Positions 15,282 through 27,736 of a stretch of 64,000 bases of DNA are shown one piece after another. The stretch's first letter is position 1. Each line of letters opens with the position of its first letter. The position numbers and the translations under genes were made by a program. The notes under the pieces are model-generated. The model saw nothing but the letters and a program-made list of their open reading frames with translations. It was not told where the DNA came from and ran no database searches. Source of the stretch: the human T2T-CHM13v2.0 reference genome, Homo sapiens; the NCBI RefSeq assembly GCF_009914755.1, contig NC_060937.1; one strand, given 5' to 3'.

Positions 15282-16949
15282 GTTACGGAGGTATTTTAAT
15301 GCTCCTCACAACTTTCCAGATTCTTCAATTTGCCCATAAAATCTGGTTTCTGAGAAAGACACTGGAAGACACTTTCCTAGCAGAATCCAGATCATAACCT
15401 AGCATTCTCTGCAGCTGGTGGTGCTATGGTCTGTATAGCAAGAGGCCACCCAGCACAGTAGTTATGCCCATGGACTCTGGAAGTGGACAGCACCACCCTT
15501 ACTGGCTGTCCCAGTGACCTGGGGTCACTTCTCTGTGCTTTGCTCTTCTCATCTCTAACATAGAGATACTAAAAGAACCTGCTGCCTTGGACTGCTGTGG
15601 AGGATTAAATGCATTCAGATATGAAAGTACTTGGAACAGTGCCTTGCACACAGCAAGCATTAGCTTTATATTCATCCAGACCATCCCTTTATATTCATCA
15701 AAAGCCAACAAGTGAGGCCTCCAGCCCGGGGCCAAGAGCCTATTGATGACACCAACCTCTTGCCTCTGGGGACGCAGGCCGTAGCTGGGCCAAACCTAGA
15801 CCCACCCTTGCCCCACATGAGTTACAGGTGGAGAGGTACTCAAAGAGTAAAGAAGAGAGACGCCCATGCTCCCGGTCTACTGAGAACTTCCTCTTCCTCT
15901 CGCTAGATTAACTATGAAGTCAGGAAGCTGGTGAATGTCTACAGAAACACAAAGTAGAAAACAGATCTGGTCCCATTCCTTCCTAAAACATTGAATGCCA
16001 ACCCATCATAAGAGCTCAGATATGTCCTAAGGGCCAAGTTATGTTTGAACCTCAGCATAGCAATGTTATCAAAAAAGCCCGCTGGGTCTCCACCTCTCCA
16101 TATCAGTATTCTGTCTTAAGCTGAAGTATCAGTGACTACTTACTGAGCACCCACTACAATCAGAGCACTGTTTTAACGGCTAGGAATTGTAAAGAAAACA
16201 ATGGTACCTGGTTCTACAGAAGCTCATTCATTCTCCAAGTTAACAAATATTTATTAAATTCTCACTTTGTGCCAGGCACTAAGGAAACAGCAGTGAACAC
16301 AGCAGATTAAAGCCCTGCCTTCTGGTGCACATAATGTTGGGAGATAGAGATAGATAATAAACAAATAGCTAGGTAAATTAAATAGTATGTCAGTTGATAA
16401 TAAGCAATATGGAGAAAATACCATAGAGAGGGAGTGCCTGAATGGAGGTGAGTAATTCACAACAGCCAGGATGCTGACTGCAGACTCAGTGAGCCTGCCT
16501 CAGCGCCACCATGGTGGGTGGGGAAGGGAATAAGGGAGGCTTCAGCAGAGGCTGGGGTAGTCCATCAGGCCAAGGAGCAAATGGGAAAAACCAAAGAGAC
16601 TCAGGGATTCGCAGCCCATGAGAGCCATGGGGAAGATGTCAAGTGCTCCTGATAGCATCACCTGAGTCCAAGAAAGAAGCTACCTCTTCACTAGCCACAG
16701 GCCCCTGCGCCCAAGGCTAGCAGAGCCACTGGTGACCAGGCAGGAAGGGAACATGGAACTGGAGTCTAGCAAATGCCAGCCCCTGACACCCCAGGAGCCG
16801 GCGTGAAGCTTCATAAGGACCTCTCCCTCTAGCTTTAAGCCACTGACCCCTCTCCCCGTACACCTGGGCCACCTTGAGGAAAGGCATGATGTCTGAGAGA
16901 AGGGAACACTGCCCAGAGGGGCTGCTTAACTGATCCGCCTGGATCATGC

Positions 16950-18200
16950 CTTACCTAGGCTAGAGCATTCATTTCTCTTGTTGAGAGCACAGGGGAAAAT
17001 CAAATCAACTATAAATGAAGAAATTACATTTTCTCTGCCTAGGGGGAGGAGACAGGGAGGAAGAAAAAGTGGAAACTGTGAGTACAGAAACTATTTTGAG
17101 GAGTTTTGCATGAAAATGATCCAGGAGAGAAAAACTGATGACAAGAGAGAGAGAAAGAGAATTGACGCAGTGATGTCTGGAGGAGGAGAAAGGAGCACTT
17201 AAGGGGCAGAGCTGACTTCAGCTGCAAGTACCACCAACTGTCCCAGGGGAGCACGAGCAGAGGTGGGGGTGTGGTAGTTATCTTCAGAGAAACAGGGTGC
17301 AAGGAAACCTCCCAAAGGAAGGGGTGGTGGGTGTTGGGTCTAAGGAGAGAGGAGGGGGTATAAACCAGCAGCCTGGTGGTGGGAGAGTGAATGAGGTCAG
17401 GTGAGAGTTGGGAAGGCCGGGGGAACGAAGCACCCCGCTAGAGGTTGTGCTTTCAAGTGAAACAACGCCATGTGAGAGCAGGCAAGGAGTAGGCAGGGAA
17501 TTCGGCTTCACCAGGGTTGTGGTGCTCTTGGTGGATGGACGAGGCTGACAATGGAGAAAAGAGCAAGGGAGTCGAGGGCGTCTGTGTGGGAGTGATGGCG
17601 ACTGCCCGTGGAATTTACGTTGGGTAAAGGAAGAAAGTGAAGACCTGGGGCAGGCAAGGGACCGGGAAAAGGAAGGAGGAGCCAGCGATGGAGGTCGCAG
17701 TGGGTTGAAGGATTACCGGAACTGAGGTGCTAGGGGAAGAGAGCTAAAAAGAGAGCGGGCGGAGGTCAGAAAGAGGGCTGACTGAAGTGGAGGTGGAGGA
17801 AGGCTGGCAGGCAACCGTGAGGTGTAAGTTCCGTCGACAGGCGCGGCTGAGATCGGGTGGAGAGCAAGGTCATAGGTGGAAAGGAGGTCAACAAACTAGA
17901 GGCCAAGGCATTCCAAGACTCGGCATGGGTGTGAACGGCCGCAGATGCAGTGCTTCAAAGAGAGCGCAGGCACCTGTCCCTCAGGGACTACGGGTGACCA
18001 CGGAGGAAAGCGCTAGGGAGGGCGGTTTTAGGACCGCTGGAAACAGCAGCGATGAGGGAGGCGACAGGTGTCCCTCCTCCAAGCTCACAGTCTGCATGTG
18101 AGAGAGAACTGCAGGAGAAGCTTGCCCTAGGCAAAGCCAGGTGTCAGGTCCAGAATCGAGACTCCAGAGAAGAGGTTGAGGATTTAAGCCACTGAGGGGG
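16950..18200. mobile_element. Degenerate L2-like purine-rich segment on the CpG-island shore
   Basis: Strongly G/A-rich strand with L2-like motifs; boundaries approximate. Confidence 0.4.
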
Positions 18201-18632
18201 TGGAGCTGGGCAGTGAGTAGGACGTCAGGCTTGCAAGCTCTGGGATTAGGCCGACCAGAGCCCATATCCCAGTCCCGCCTCTTACTGCCTGCTTGATCTC
18301 AAGCAAGACCGCTTTGTTCATGGGCGAAAGGAGCGCCCCGGGCCATGAGGATTAAATGGAGAGCACAGGGCCAGATCCATCTAAATTCTCAGTAAGTGTT
18401 AGCTATTGTTATTAAGACCACACCGAACAGACTGAACATCCGTTTTAGCCCCTTTCCCCAATTTTCGTTCTTTCCGGTGTTGACAAATCCTCTAGTTTTT
18501 TAAGTTTATAAAACATGTTGTACATAAGAATGACATATCACATGTGAAAGTACTCTAGTGTCCACGTAAATATTTGTCTTGTTCTTTATAATAAGTAAAC
18601 ATGCTCACGGATCCTTGAAATTATCTGGTCAC

Positions 18633-18955
18633 TGCCGGGCGCGGTGGCTCACGCCTGTAATCCCAGCACTTTGGGAGGTCGAGGCGGGTGGACCACCTGG
18701 GGTCAGGAGTTCGAGACCAGGCTGGCCAACATGGCGAAACCCTGACTACACAAAAAACACAAAATTTAGCCGGGGCTTGGGCGCTCCTGTGCTCCCAGCT
18801 ACTCAGGAGGCTGAGGTGGGAGGACTGCTTGAGCCTGAGAGGTCGAGGCTGCAGTGAGCTGTGATCGCGCCACTTAAACTCCAGCCTGGACGACAGTGAG
18901 ACCCTGTCTCAAGAAGAAAAAAAGAAAGAAAGAAAGAAAAAAAGAAAAAAAAGAA
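18633..18955 (+). mobile_element. Alu with S-like left arm and J-like right arm
   Basis: TSD GAAATTAT(C/T)TGGTCA; (GAAA)n tail. Confidence 0.88.
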
Positions 18956-19642
18956 ATTATTTGGTCAATTATATGGTCAGCTCCCTCCACCACTCGCGAA
19001 TTTACAGAAGAGGAGAACTGGGCTGGGCGAGACCAGGACTAGCCCAAGATTACACAAGTTACTCGGTTGTAGAGCCAGGATTAGACAGGAGAGGCTCTAG
19101 ATTCTGGTCTAGACTCCCCTCCTATTATTTAGCATTATGGCTTCCTGAGGATTACCATGAGCCCTCCTCCACCGTCAAGCGGCAGCTACCAGCCACCAGA
19201 CCAGATCCCTTCGAAGGTGCCCGGAGTACCAGACTGACAAAAGCGCCCGTACAGTGCTCAGTCCTGTAACCAAAGCTGTCTAGGGTGCAGACATCGCTCA
19301 CCGGACCGGGTAGGGCTCGTGCGCTAAGGGCGCCGGGTATTCCAGTTAGTGGAGAGGGAAGCGCCCTGGAACTGCATGGGCCCGGGAGAGGGCGCGGGAG
19401 CGGAGCAGGGCCGGGCCGGGGCGGGCCGCGGCCGTGGGCGGAGACTGCGCGCAGCTAGCTCGGGAGCGCCTCGGAGCCCACCCCGCAGAGCCGCTTCTCG
19501 CGCCCCGCAGCGCAGCGCAGCGCTCCGCCGTCTGACCTGCCGCGCCCGCAGCGTGCGGGCTGGGAAAGGAGGCGCTCACCGAGAGGGACCACGCGCCAGG
19601 CTCCCAGCCCGACCCGGGACGCGGCGGCCGCGCGGAGCACCC

Positions 19643-20543
19643 ATGGGCAGCCCCTGGAACGGCAGCGACGGCCCCGAGGGGGCGCGGGAGCCGCCGTGGC
19701 CCGCGCTGCCGCCTTGCGACGAGCGCCGCTGCTCGCCCTTTCCCCTGGGGGCGCTGGTGCCGGTGACCGCTGTGTGCCTGTGCCTGTTCGTCGTCGGGGT
19801 GAGCGGCAACGTGGTGACCGTGATGCTGATCGGGCGCTACCGGGACATGCGGACCACCACCAACTTGTACCTGGGCAGCATGGCCGTGTCCGACCTACTC
19901 ATCCTGCTCGGGCTGCCGTTCGACCTGTACCGCCTCTGGCGCTCGCGGCCCTGGGTGTTCGGGCCGCTGCTCTGCCGCCTGTCCCTCTACGTGGGCGAGG
20001 GCTGCACCTACGCCACGCTGCTGCACATGACCGCGCTCAGCGTCGAGCGCTACCTGGCCATCTGCCGCCCGCTCCGCGCCCGCGTCTTGGTCACCCGGCG
20101 CCGCGTCCGCGCGCTCATCGCTGTGCTCTGGGCCGTGGCGCTGCTCTCTGCCGGTCCCTTCTTGTTCCTGGTGGGCGTCGAGCAGGACCCCGGCATCTCC
20201 GTAGTCCCGGGCCTCAATGGCACCGCGCGGATCGCCTCCTCGCCTCTCGCCTCGTCGCCGCCTCTCTGGCTCTCGCGGGCGCCACCGCCGTCCCCGCCGT
20301 CGGGGCCCGAGACCGCGGAGGCCGCGGCGCTGTTCAGCCGCGAATGCCGGCCGAGCCCCGCGCAGCTGGGCGCGCTGCGTGTCATGCTGTGGGTCACCAC
20401 CGCCTACTTCTTCCTGCCCTTTCTGTGCCTCAGCATCCTCTACGGGCTCATCGGGCGGGAGCTGTGGAGCAGCCGGCGGCCGCTGCGAGGCCCGGCCGCC
20501 TCGGGGCGGGAGAGAGGCCACCGGCAGACCGTCCGCGTCCTGC
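19643..20543 (+). CDS. MLNR: Motilin receptor (GPR38) exon 1, N-terminus through TM5 and ICL3
   Basis: MGSPWNGSDGPEGAREPPWPALPPCDERRCSPFP; class A GPCR motifs GN (TM1), SDLL (TM2), ERY (TM3); long Pro/Ser-rich ECL2; donor CTGC|gtaagt; 901 nt. Confidence 0.98.
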
Positions 20544-20694
20544 GTAAGTGGAGCCGCCGTGGTTCCAAAGACGCCTGCCTGCAGTCCGCCCCGCCGGGGA
20601 CCGCGCAAACGCTGGGTCCCCTTCCCCTGCTCGCCCAGCTCTGGGCGCCGCTTCCAGCTCCCTTTCCTATTTCGATTCCAGCCTCCACCCGCCG
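20544..20694 (+). CDS. MLNR: Alternative exon-1 extension of MLNR (5-TM isoform 1B)
   Basis: Open frame RKWSRR...PASTR to donor CCG|gtactt; joined to 21345 it reads GGGSGIYNLL...LLSVL-TAA (21451-21453), 386 aa, matching the 1B length as I recall it. Confidence 0.8.
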
Positions 20695-21344
20695 GTACTT
20701 CCCATCCCCCGAGAAAACCATGTCCTGTCCCCCAGGAGCTCTGGGGGACCCCAGGGCGCTTTGAGGGTGGGATCCCCGGATCCGATTCAGTAACCAGCAG
20801 TGCTTTTCCAGAGCCTCTGAGACCAGAAAGGAGAGTTGGTAATTCTTAATCCAACCACCTGTTAGATGCCACAAATGAGGAGTCCTCACAGTGCTCTTGA
20901 GAAGACGAGGGAGATTTCATTAAGCTAAAATTTTTTATTTAATGTTAAGTGATGCTGAAGGCTAAAGTAAACCTTGCTCGTATCAAAAAGTAAAGATTGT
21001 GCAGACCTGTTGTAGAATTCTTTTCAACAGAGAACAGAAAACTTGTCTCCGAAGTGGGTTTGTGGAAGGAAGCCTGCCAAGGCGGCTTGTTCAGAGAAAT
21101 TGCTCCTTCTGGTTTATGTCCAGCCTTGATAACACATATGGGAGCCTACTATGCAGTTTTAAAGCAAGTATCCATGCAGCCTGCAGCCTGGTCATTTTTT
21201 CTGGGGTGAGGATCTGCCTAGGTAGAAGTTTTCTCTAATTTATTTTGCTGTTACTTGTTATTGCAGATGGTTCCTTGTCGGGGTGGGGGGTTTATTTGCT
21301 TCCCAATGCTTTTGTTAATCCCGGTGCTGTGTCTTATGTTGCAG

Positions 21345-21682
21345 TGGTGGTGGTTCTGGCATTTATAATTTGCTGGTTGCCCTTCCACGTTGGCAGAATC
21401 ATTTACATAAACACGGAAGATTCGCGGATGATGTACTTCTCTCAGTACTTTAACATCGTCGCTCTGCAACTTTTCTATCTGAGCGCATCTATCAACCCAA
21501 TCCTCTACAACCTCATTTCAAAGAAGTACAGAGCGGCGGCCTTTAAACTGCTGCTCGCAAGGAAGTCCAGGCCGAGAGGCTTCCACAGAAGCAGGGACAC
21601 TGCGGGGGAAGTTGCAGGGGACACTGGAGGAGACACGGTGGGCTACACCGAGACAAGCGCTAACGTGAAGACGATGGGATAA
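21345..21682 (+). CDS. MLNR: Motilin receptor exon 2, TM6-TM7 and C-tail
   Basis: ttgcag|TGGTG; CWLPFH and NPILY motifs; TAA at 21680-21682; 901+338=1239 nt gives 412 aa. Confidence 0.98.
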
Positions 21683-21747
21683 CCAGCACGGCCAAGCCAG
21701 GCTCCTCTTGCAGTTCTAAGACTTTGGGGAAAACAGGTGTGTAGAGA

Positions 21748-21753
21748 AATAAA
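21748..21753 (+). terminator. Candidate MLNR polyadenylation signal
   Basis: AATAAA ~65 nt after the stop. Confidence 0.45.
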
Positions 21754-23807
21754 GACTGCAAATGAGGAACAGATCCTGTTAAGAAGAATGGAAAGAGGGT
21801 TGCAGTTGTGCCAGTTGGTTAAGAAATAGACCGCATGATTTATTTAACCAAGGTATGAAATGTAACTGCGCCAACCTTTCTAGTTTCCTTCCCACGTACC
21901 TCCTAAGGAAGGTCGATTTTACCATCATGAAATCCCACATCTCAAAGTGTGCTCTTGTGTGATGGTTTCATGAAGTCCTCATTCTCCTACTCTTCGGAAA
22001 GATGATTGTTCATTTTACAGTTAAATGATACACAAAGATGCTGCCCCAAAACTGCCACCTCTGAGATCATGAGTGTATTTTATGTTTTGGATGTAAATGT
22101 AACAGTACATCTACAAGGAACCAGGATAATGATAGTTTTGATCCAAGAAATGATTTAATACCTATGTATGGCTGCAAAAACTTTTAGAAGTAAAAGGAAT
22201 TCTGGGTAGACTCCAGTGTTCAGGGGTCCCACCTCTCTCCAGATCACAGCAAATCATAAAGTTTAGGCAAAATAATAGCCTCTTTCAGAAGTATTAAGCA
22301 ATTGTGTTGCAACCCACTTCTCCTTGACACTGCCCATGGGACCTTCCCAGTGCCACTGGCCATGGGGTGGCAAACTTTGGGCATCAACATTTGAGAGTAG
22401 AGAGCTCAGCAGGACATGGCTTTCTCCAGTGACTACAAATGACGTTTGTAAAGAGCTATTTAATATGCTTTATCTCACCTCAGCTTGGTGGGGTGAGTAC
22501 TGTTGTCAACATTCCTGTTTTGGAAGTGAGTCTTGGATTGCCCAAACAGGAGCTGGTGAGCTGGAGTCTGAATCCAGTGTTTAAGTTGCTCACCCAATCC
22601 CAAGCCAAGATGCTGTCCTTACTGAAAAACGCCAGCCAATGGATTTAGTCAAGAGTGAAAGAGAACTCACTGGACATTCTGATCAACAACTCTGTAACTT
22701 TGTTTTGTTTTTTAGAGTTTAAAACACAAATATTTTTAGAGGGTTACTGCTGTCACTCAGCTCCAAAGGGCTTCACTTATGCCACCTTCTGTATGAATGG
22801 CACCCCCAAGATGTGGGCAGGGTACAGCTTTCACAGTTGTACATGGGACCTTTTTTGGGGCTTTCAGATTGATAAATTCAAACCTAAATTACAATAGGAT
22901 CTTGATTTGTATGAGGAATTTGTCCTGAGACCTTCATGAATCTTCACATCTACAAATACCAGAAAAATGACAAATGCTATAACTTCAGAGTTATAAAGAC
23001 AGATAGACATAAAGTCACATTGAGACTTGGAGGCTAGAGAGGCAGCTCCGTTGATTCACTGACTTGATGTCTCTGCTTCACAGCCCACAGTTTGGGTGGC
23101 TTTGGTAAATGTCTAAATTACTTTCCGCCACAGGCCACCATAGTCTCTTTTGAATAGTTAAAACTACAAAAGATGAATACATAAATAACAAGGGTCTGCC
23201 CGACATGCATTCAAAGTTCTGTTGCTTTCTCATTTTCTTAGCCAAAGCCCTAGCTCAGTCCCCAGCCCGGTCCACAATTGGCACAGGAATGAAGTCTCTC
23301 GTTTGCTTTTTCTCCTAGCTAGTGGAAGAAGCAGATTGCAGTCACTTCAGGAAGCATTCCCTAAACTGTGTTCTGCAGATTTCCAGGGATTATTGGAAAA
23401 AATGGTTCTGGGGTTAAATATGGCAGGAAAATACCACATTGTGTTCCCCCTACCACACCCTAAACATTTCACACACATAACACAATATAGCATGTCAGAG
23501 GCTCTGAGAAGTTGTCTCAACCAACATTTCCTTGACTTATTTTATCACAGAACCAACTCTCCATCTTCCCTCCCAAGAACACTTAGTAAAATCTCATGGA
23601 GTGAGAAATACTTTGGGGAGCACTGATGTAGGGGTTCTGACAGTGGAGGTGTCAGCCTGGAGCCTCCATAACTCTCTGCTTGGTAGCACTGAGTACAGCA
23701 GCTGCCACAGTCCTTCTGCTCATGGGAGCTCCTCTCTGGAGCAGTCAGGAGTGGCCACCTCCCTAGGGAAAGTCACAGCAAAGAACCTTATTAAGATGTA
23801 TATAATA

Positions 23808-24107
23808 TTTTATTTTATTTTTTTAGAGACAGGATCTCACCCTGTTGCCCAGGCTGGAGTGCAGTGGCACAATCATAGCTCACTGTAACCTTAAATTCCT
23901 GGATTCAAACCATCCTCCCACCTCAGCCTCCCCAGTAGGCAGGACTACAGGCACACACCACCATGCCTGGCTAATTTTTTAGTTTTTTGTAAAGTTGGGG
24001 TCTTGCTGTGTTGCCCAGGCTGGTCTCAAACTCCTGGCCTCAAGCAATCCTCCTGCCTCAGCTTCCCAAAGTGCTGGGATTACAGGCATGAGCCACCACA
24101 CCTGGCT
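23808..24107 (-). mobile_element. AluJ-like
   Basis: Antisense Alu flanked by ATGTATA(T)AATATT repeats. Confidence 0.88.
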
Positions 24108-25287
24108 CATGTATAATATTCTAAATGTAGAAGCAAAGACCTCTCTTTTGAGCTTTCTCGTTCAGAATCTAGAAAACAAGGATTTACATGACACTTTCCT
24201 GGGACTTAAGCATGTTTCCAGGTGTGGGCATAGGGAGGATTATCCTTCCCTTCCCAGATGGTACCTGAGATGGAGGGCCTGAAGGCCATCCCTTCCTTCA
24301 GGATTCTTGTGTGGTCTCAGCCTACTAGTGGACTGTGAAATCAGTAAGTGTGTCATATTTTTCTTTAATGGAACAGTGTGGACAAGAATAGAGTCCATTG
24401 TGTATCACATGTACTAAGGTAACTATTGTGCTGTGAAACTTTTGTTTCAATTATGTTTTGGTTGGTGTCTTTCCCGGTTCACAAAATAAAATACATTCTA
24501 ACTGTGGGTCATGGTGGAAAATGTTTAAAAAGTTGTTCTAAGATCTAAAGTTTTTCTCTGTTCTTACACTGACAACTGGCTATGAAAAGGGAGGCCAAGT
24601 CAGCGAATCACTGGAGCAGGAGAATCACTGAGCTCTGGTTTCCAGTCCAGGGCTCCCTACCCACCCAACCCAGGGTGGTAATCATGGAGGCTATGGGCCA
24701 GCCACTCCCTCCACCCCAACAGAGACCCGTGCTGGCATTCCAGCCACTTCTCTTTGAGCCCCCTCTCCCTTCTGCAGGCAGAACCACTTTTGTTAGGTGA
24801 GCTGCCAACCTTGGAAGAGAGTTTGTATTTCATTCATTCCCATGGCAAATATTTACCAAGCAACTGCTAAGTGCCAGACGTGTATAATACAATACACTAG
24901 AAAAACTAGTCCATGTGATGATGTAAAAATCAATCAACTTTCTAATGGCATTCTCTGTTTGAAATGTGTATTGTGTCATCTAGACTAACATGGATTCACC
25001 ATTTAGATCAGATGGAAGTGCAGAACATCAGGTTTGCACTATCTGTCTGGATGTTCCTCCTCTTTTGTATGTGAGACATTTCCACTTCTGAAGGAAATGT
25101 TCAAAGAGCTATTGCACAACATCCACTGGGATCCAAGAGTTCCCTGTGCCAGGTTCTCAAAGAGACACAGGCAACGTGCTAATGGTGTTGAAAATTCAAA
25201 CACGCCCTCTCCTGACCCTTTCTACTCATGTCATAATGACATTTGCCAGTATATGGAAGCAAATTTTAGTGGTTGCACAGGTCTAGT

Positions 25288-25667
<380 letters not shown>

Positions 25668-25942
25668 TAAGGATTCCAAACCCTATTACAGAGCCCCTAG
25701 TCTTCTACGAGGAGCCTTTGAATTCAGCGTTTCCTCTTCTGAGCGCACAGGGCACAGGCTCCAAAGGAATGCTCTGTGGAAGTCACTCAACCTGTCCCTG
25801 GTGTACACTATGTCTCTGGTGTACACTACAGAGGAGGGGACTCGACCGGCCCCCTTAGGAAAACACTACACACTTTTTAAATAGTGCACACCTGTGTACT
25901 AAGGGTTAAAAGGCTTTTTATTCCCCACACTAATTCTCTGGG

Positions 25943-26100
25943 TCAGTGGTTCTCAAACTTCAGCCTGCATCAGAATCACCTGGAGGACGTGTTAAGACAC
26001 AGATTGCTGGGCTTCCCCCAGAGGGTTTTGGAGTTAGTAGGTCTGGGGTGGGGCCCAAGAATCTGTATTTCTATTGAATTCCCAGGTATTGCTGGTTTAT
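25943..26100. mobile_element. MER5A-like hAT MITE
   Basis: cagtggttctcaaactt...gcatcagaatcacctggagg. Confidence 0.8.
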
Positions 26101-26102
26101 GT

Positions 26103-26278
26103 CCCAGGTGAAACACAGCGGGATGGCATAAGATTTCATCACACTACTCAGGGCACGCTCGACTGAAAACCTAACAACTGTTTAATTCTGAAATTTTCCA
26201 TTTAATAGTTTTGGACCATGGTTGACCACAGGTAACTGAAACCTCAGAAAGCGAAACTATGGATAAGGGGGACTACTT
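26103..26278 (-). mobile_element. MER44/Tigger7-type fragment
   Basis: gaccatggttgaccacaggtaactgaaacc...ggataagggggactact terminus. Confidence 0.75.
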
Positions 26279-26348
26279 TGTGGTTCCAAAGAAGCCATCC
26301 AGCTGGAAAAGTTCTGTTGTTGCATTTTCCACAGGCTCCTGCAAATAG

Positions 26349-26674
<326 letters not shown>

Positions 26675-26863
26675 CTTAAATACTTTTAAGAAATGTTGCA
26701 ATACTATATAAACTCTTTTTGGCCATACAGCTTTTTTTTTCCTCTCATATATTAACATTCCCCAAAATACTCCACCTTGAAATTCTAGAGAGAAGTTTGG
26801 GTATGAAGTCAGGGCTCACCATAAAGATTTGGGAGGCAACAGCATGGAAATGATCATCTTATC

Positions 26864-27037
26864 CAGTGCCTCAAAAACTTTTGCTTGCATCAGAAACACT
26901 AGAGGGCTTCTTAAAACACGGATTTCTGGGCCCACTCCAGAAGTTCTGATTCTGTAAGTCTGAGAATTTGCATTTCTGTGTAGTTTGCAGGTGGTGCTGC
27001 TGCTGCAACTCCAGGATCACACTTTGAGAACCACTGA
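26864..27037. mobile_element. MER5-like hAT MITE
   Basis: cagtg...cacactttgagaaccactg termini. Confidence 0.75.
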
Positions 27038-27269
27038 TTTAAGTGATAGAAATAGATGGCCCCGACTAGGAGAAAGCTTACCAAGATCAAAGCAGAGGTG
27101 CAGGGATGCACTCTAATGATCCCCACGCTGGCTGGAAGTCACCAAAGCAGGCAGAAGAGCAGAAAAGAAAAAGCATGTGATGCATGTGATACAACCCAAA
27201 GGAAGAGCGTTTCACAGAGGGTCGGAGGTCAAGGGGTCACGCACCACAGGGAACACAAAGAGAATGAAG

Positions 27270-27736
27270 TAGGGTTGCCAGACGAAATTCAGAGCCTGAA
27301 ACTAAATTTGAATTTCTGATAAACAACATATATTTTATGTATAAGTTTAAATATTATTAGCATGACACACTAAGGGCCAGGCGTGGTGGCAAACACCGGG
27401 AGTCCCAGCACTTTTGGAGGCCGAGGCAGGAGGGTTACTTGAGACCAATAATTCAACACCAGCCTGGCAATATAGCAAGATCTCATTTCCACAAAAAAAT
27501 GCATTTCTTCATTAGCTGGGCATGGTGGCGTGCCCCTGTTGTCCTAGTTACTTGAAAGGCTGAGGTGGGAGGATAGCTTGAGCTCAGGAGTTTGAGACTG
27601 CAGTGAGCTCTGATCACGCTACCGCACTTTAAAAATATAGCATACCTATTACTTACATTTTAAAATCATTTATTATTTATCTGAAATCCACATTTAAATG
27701 GGCACTCTATTTTTATTTTTAAATCTGGTAACCCTA
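27270..27736. mobile_element. MER53-like MITE with nested Alu (~27374-27640)
   Basis: TIRs TAGGGTTGCCAGA...TCTGGTAACCCTA. Confidence 0.8.

Larger units (their letters stand above)
19290..20720. promoter_or_regulatory. CpG island over MLNR promoter and exon 1
   Basis: Very high GC and CpG density; GC box GGGGCGGG at 19418-19425; palindrome CTGCGCGCAG at 19445-19454. Confidence 0.9.

Noticed and set aside
19696-20547. 283-aa alternative-frame ORF inside MLNR exon 1 (would continue into the 1B frame of exon 2)
   Set aside because: Starts at GTG with no internal ATG; Arg/Pro/Ala/Gly-rich; expected by-product of extreme GC content.
19349-20764. 471-aa single-exon MLNR ORF in the track
   Set aside because: Reads from an upstream GTG and through the splice donors; the supported CDS is 19643-20543 plus 21345-21682.
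19895-20889. Long antisense ORFs over MLNR (237, 149, 116 aa) and the 210-aa third-frame ORF
   Set aside because: Shadow ORFs from stop-codon scarcity in a CpG island; no recognisable domains.
24485-24490. AATAAA as a distal MLNR poly(A) site
   Set aside because: A lone hexamer 2.8 kb past the stop is common by chance; needs 3'-end sequencing.
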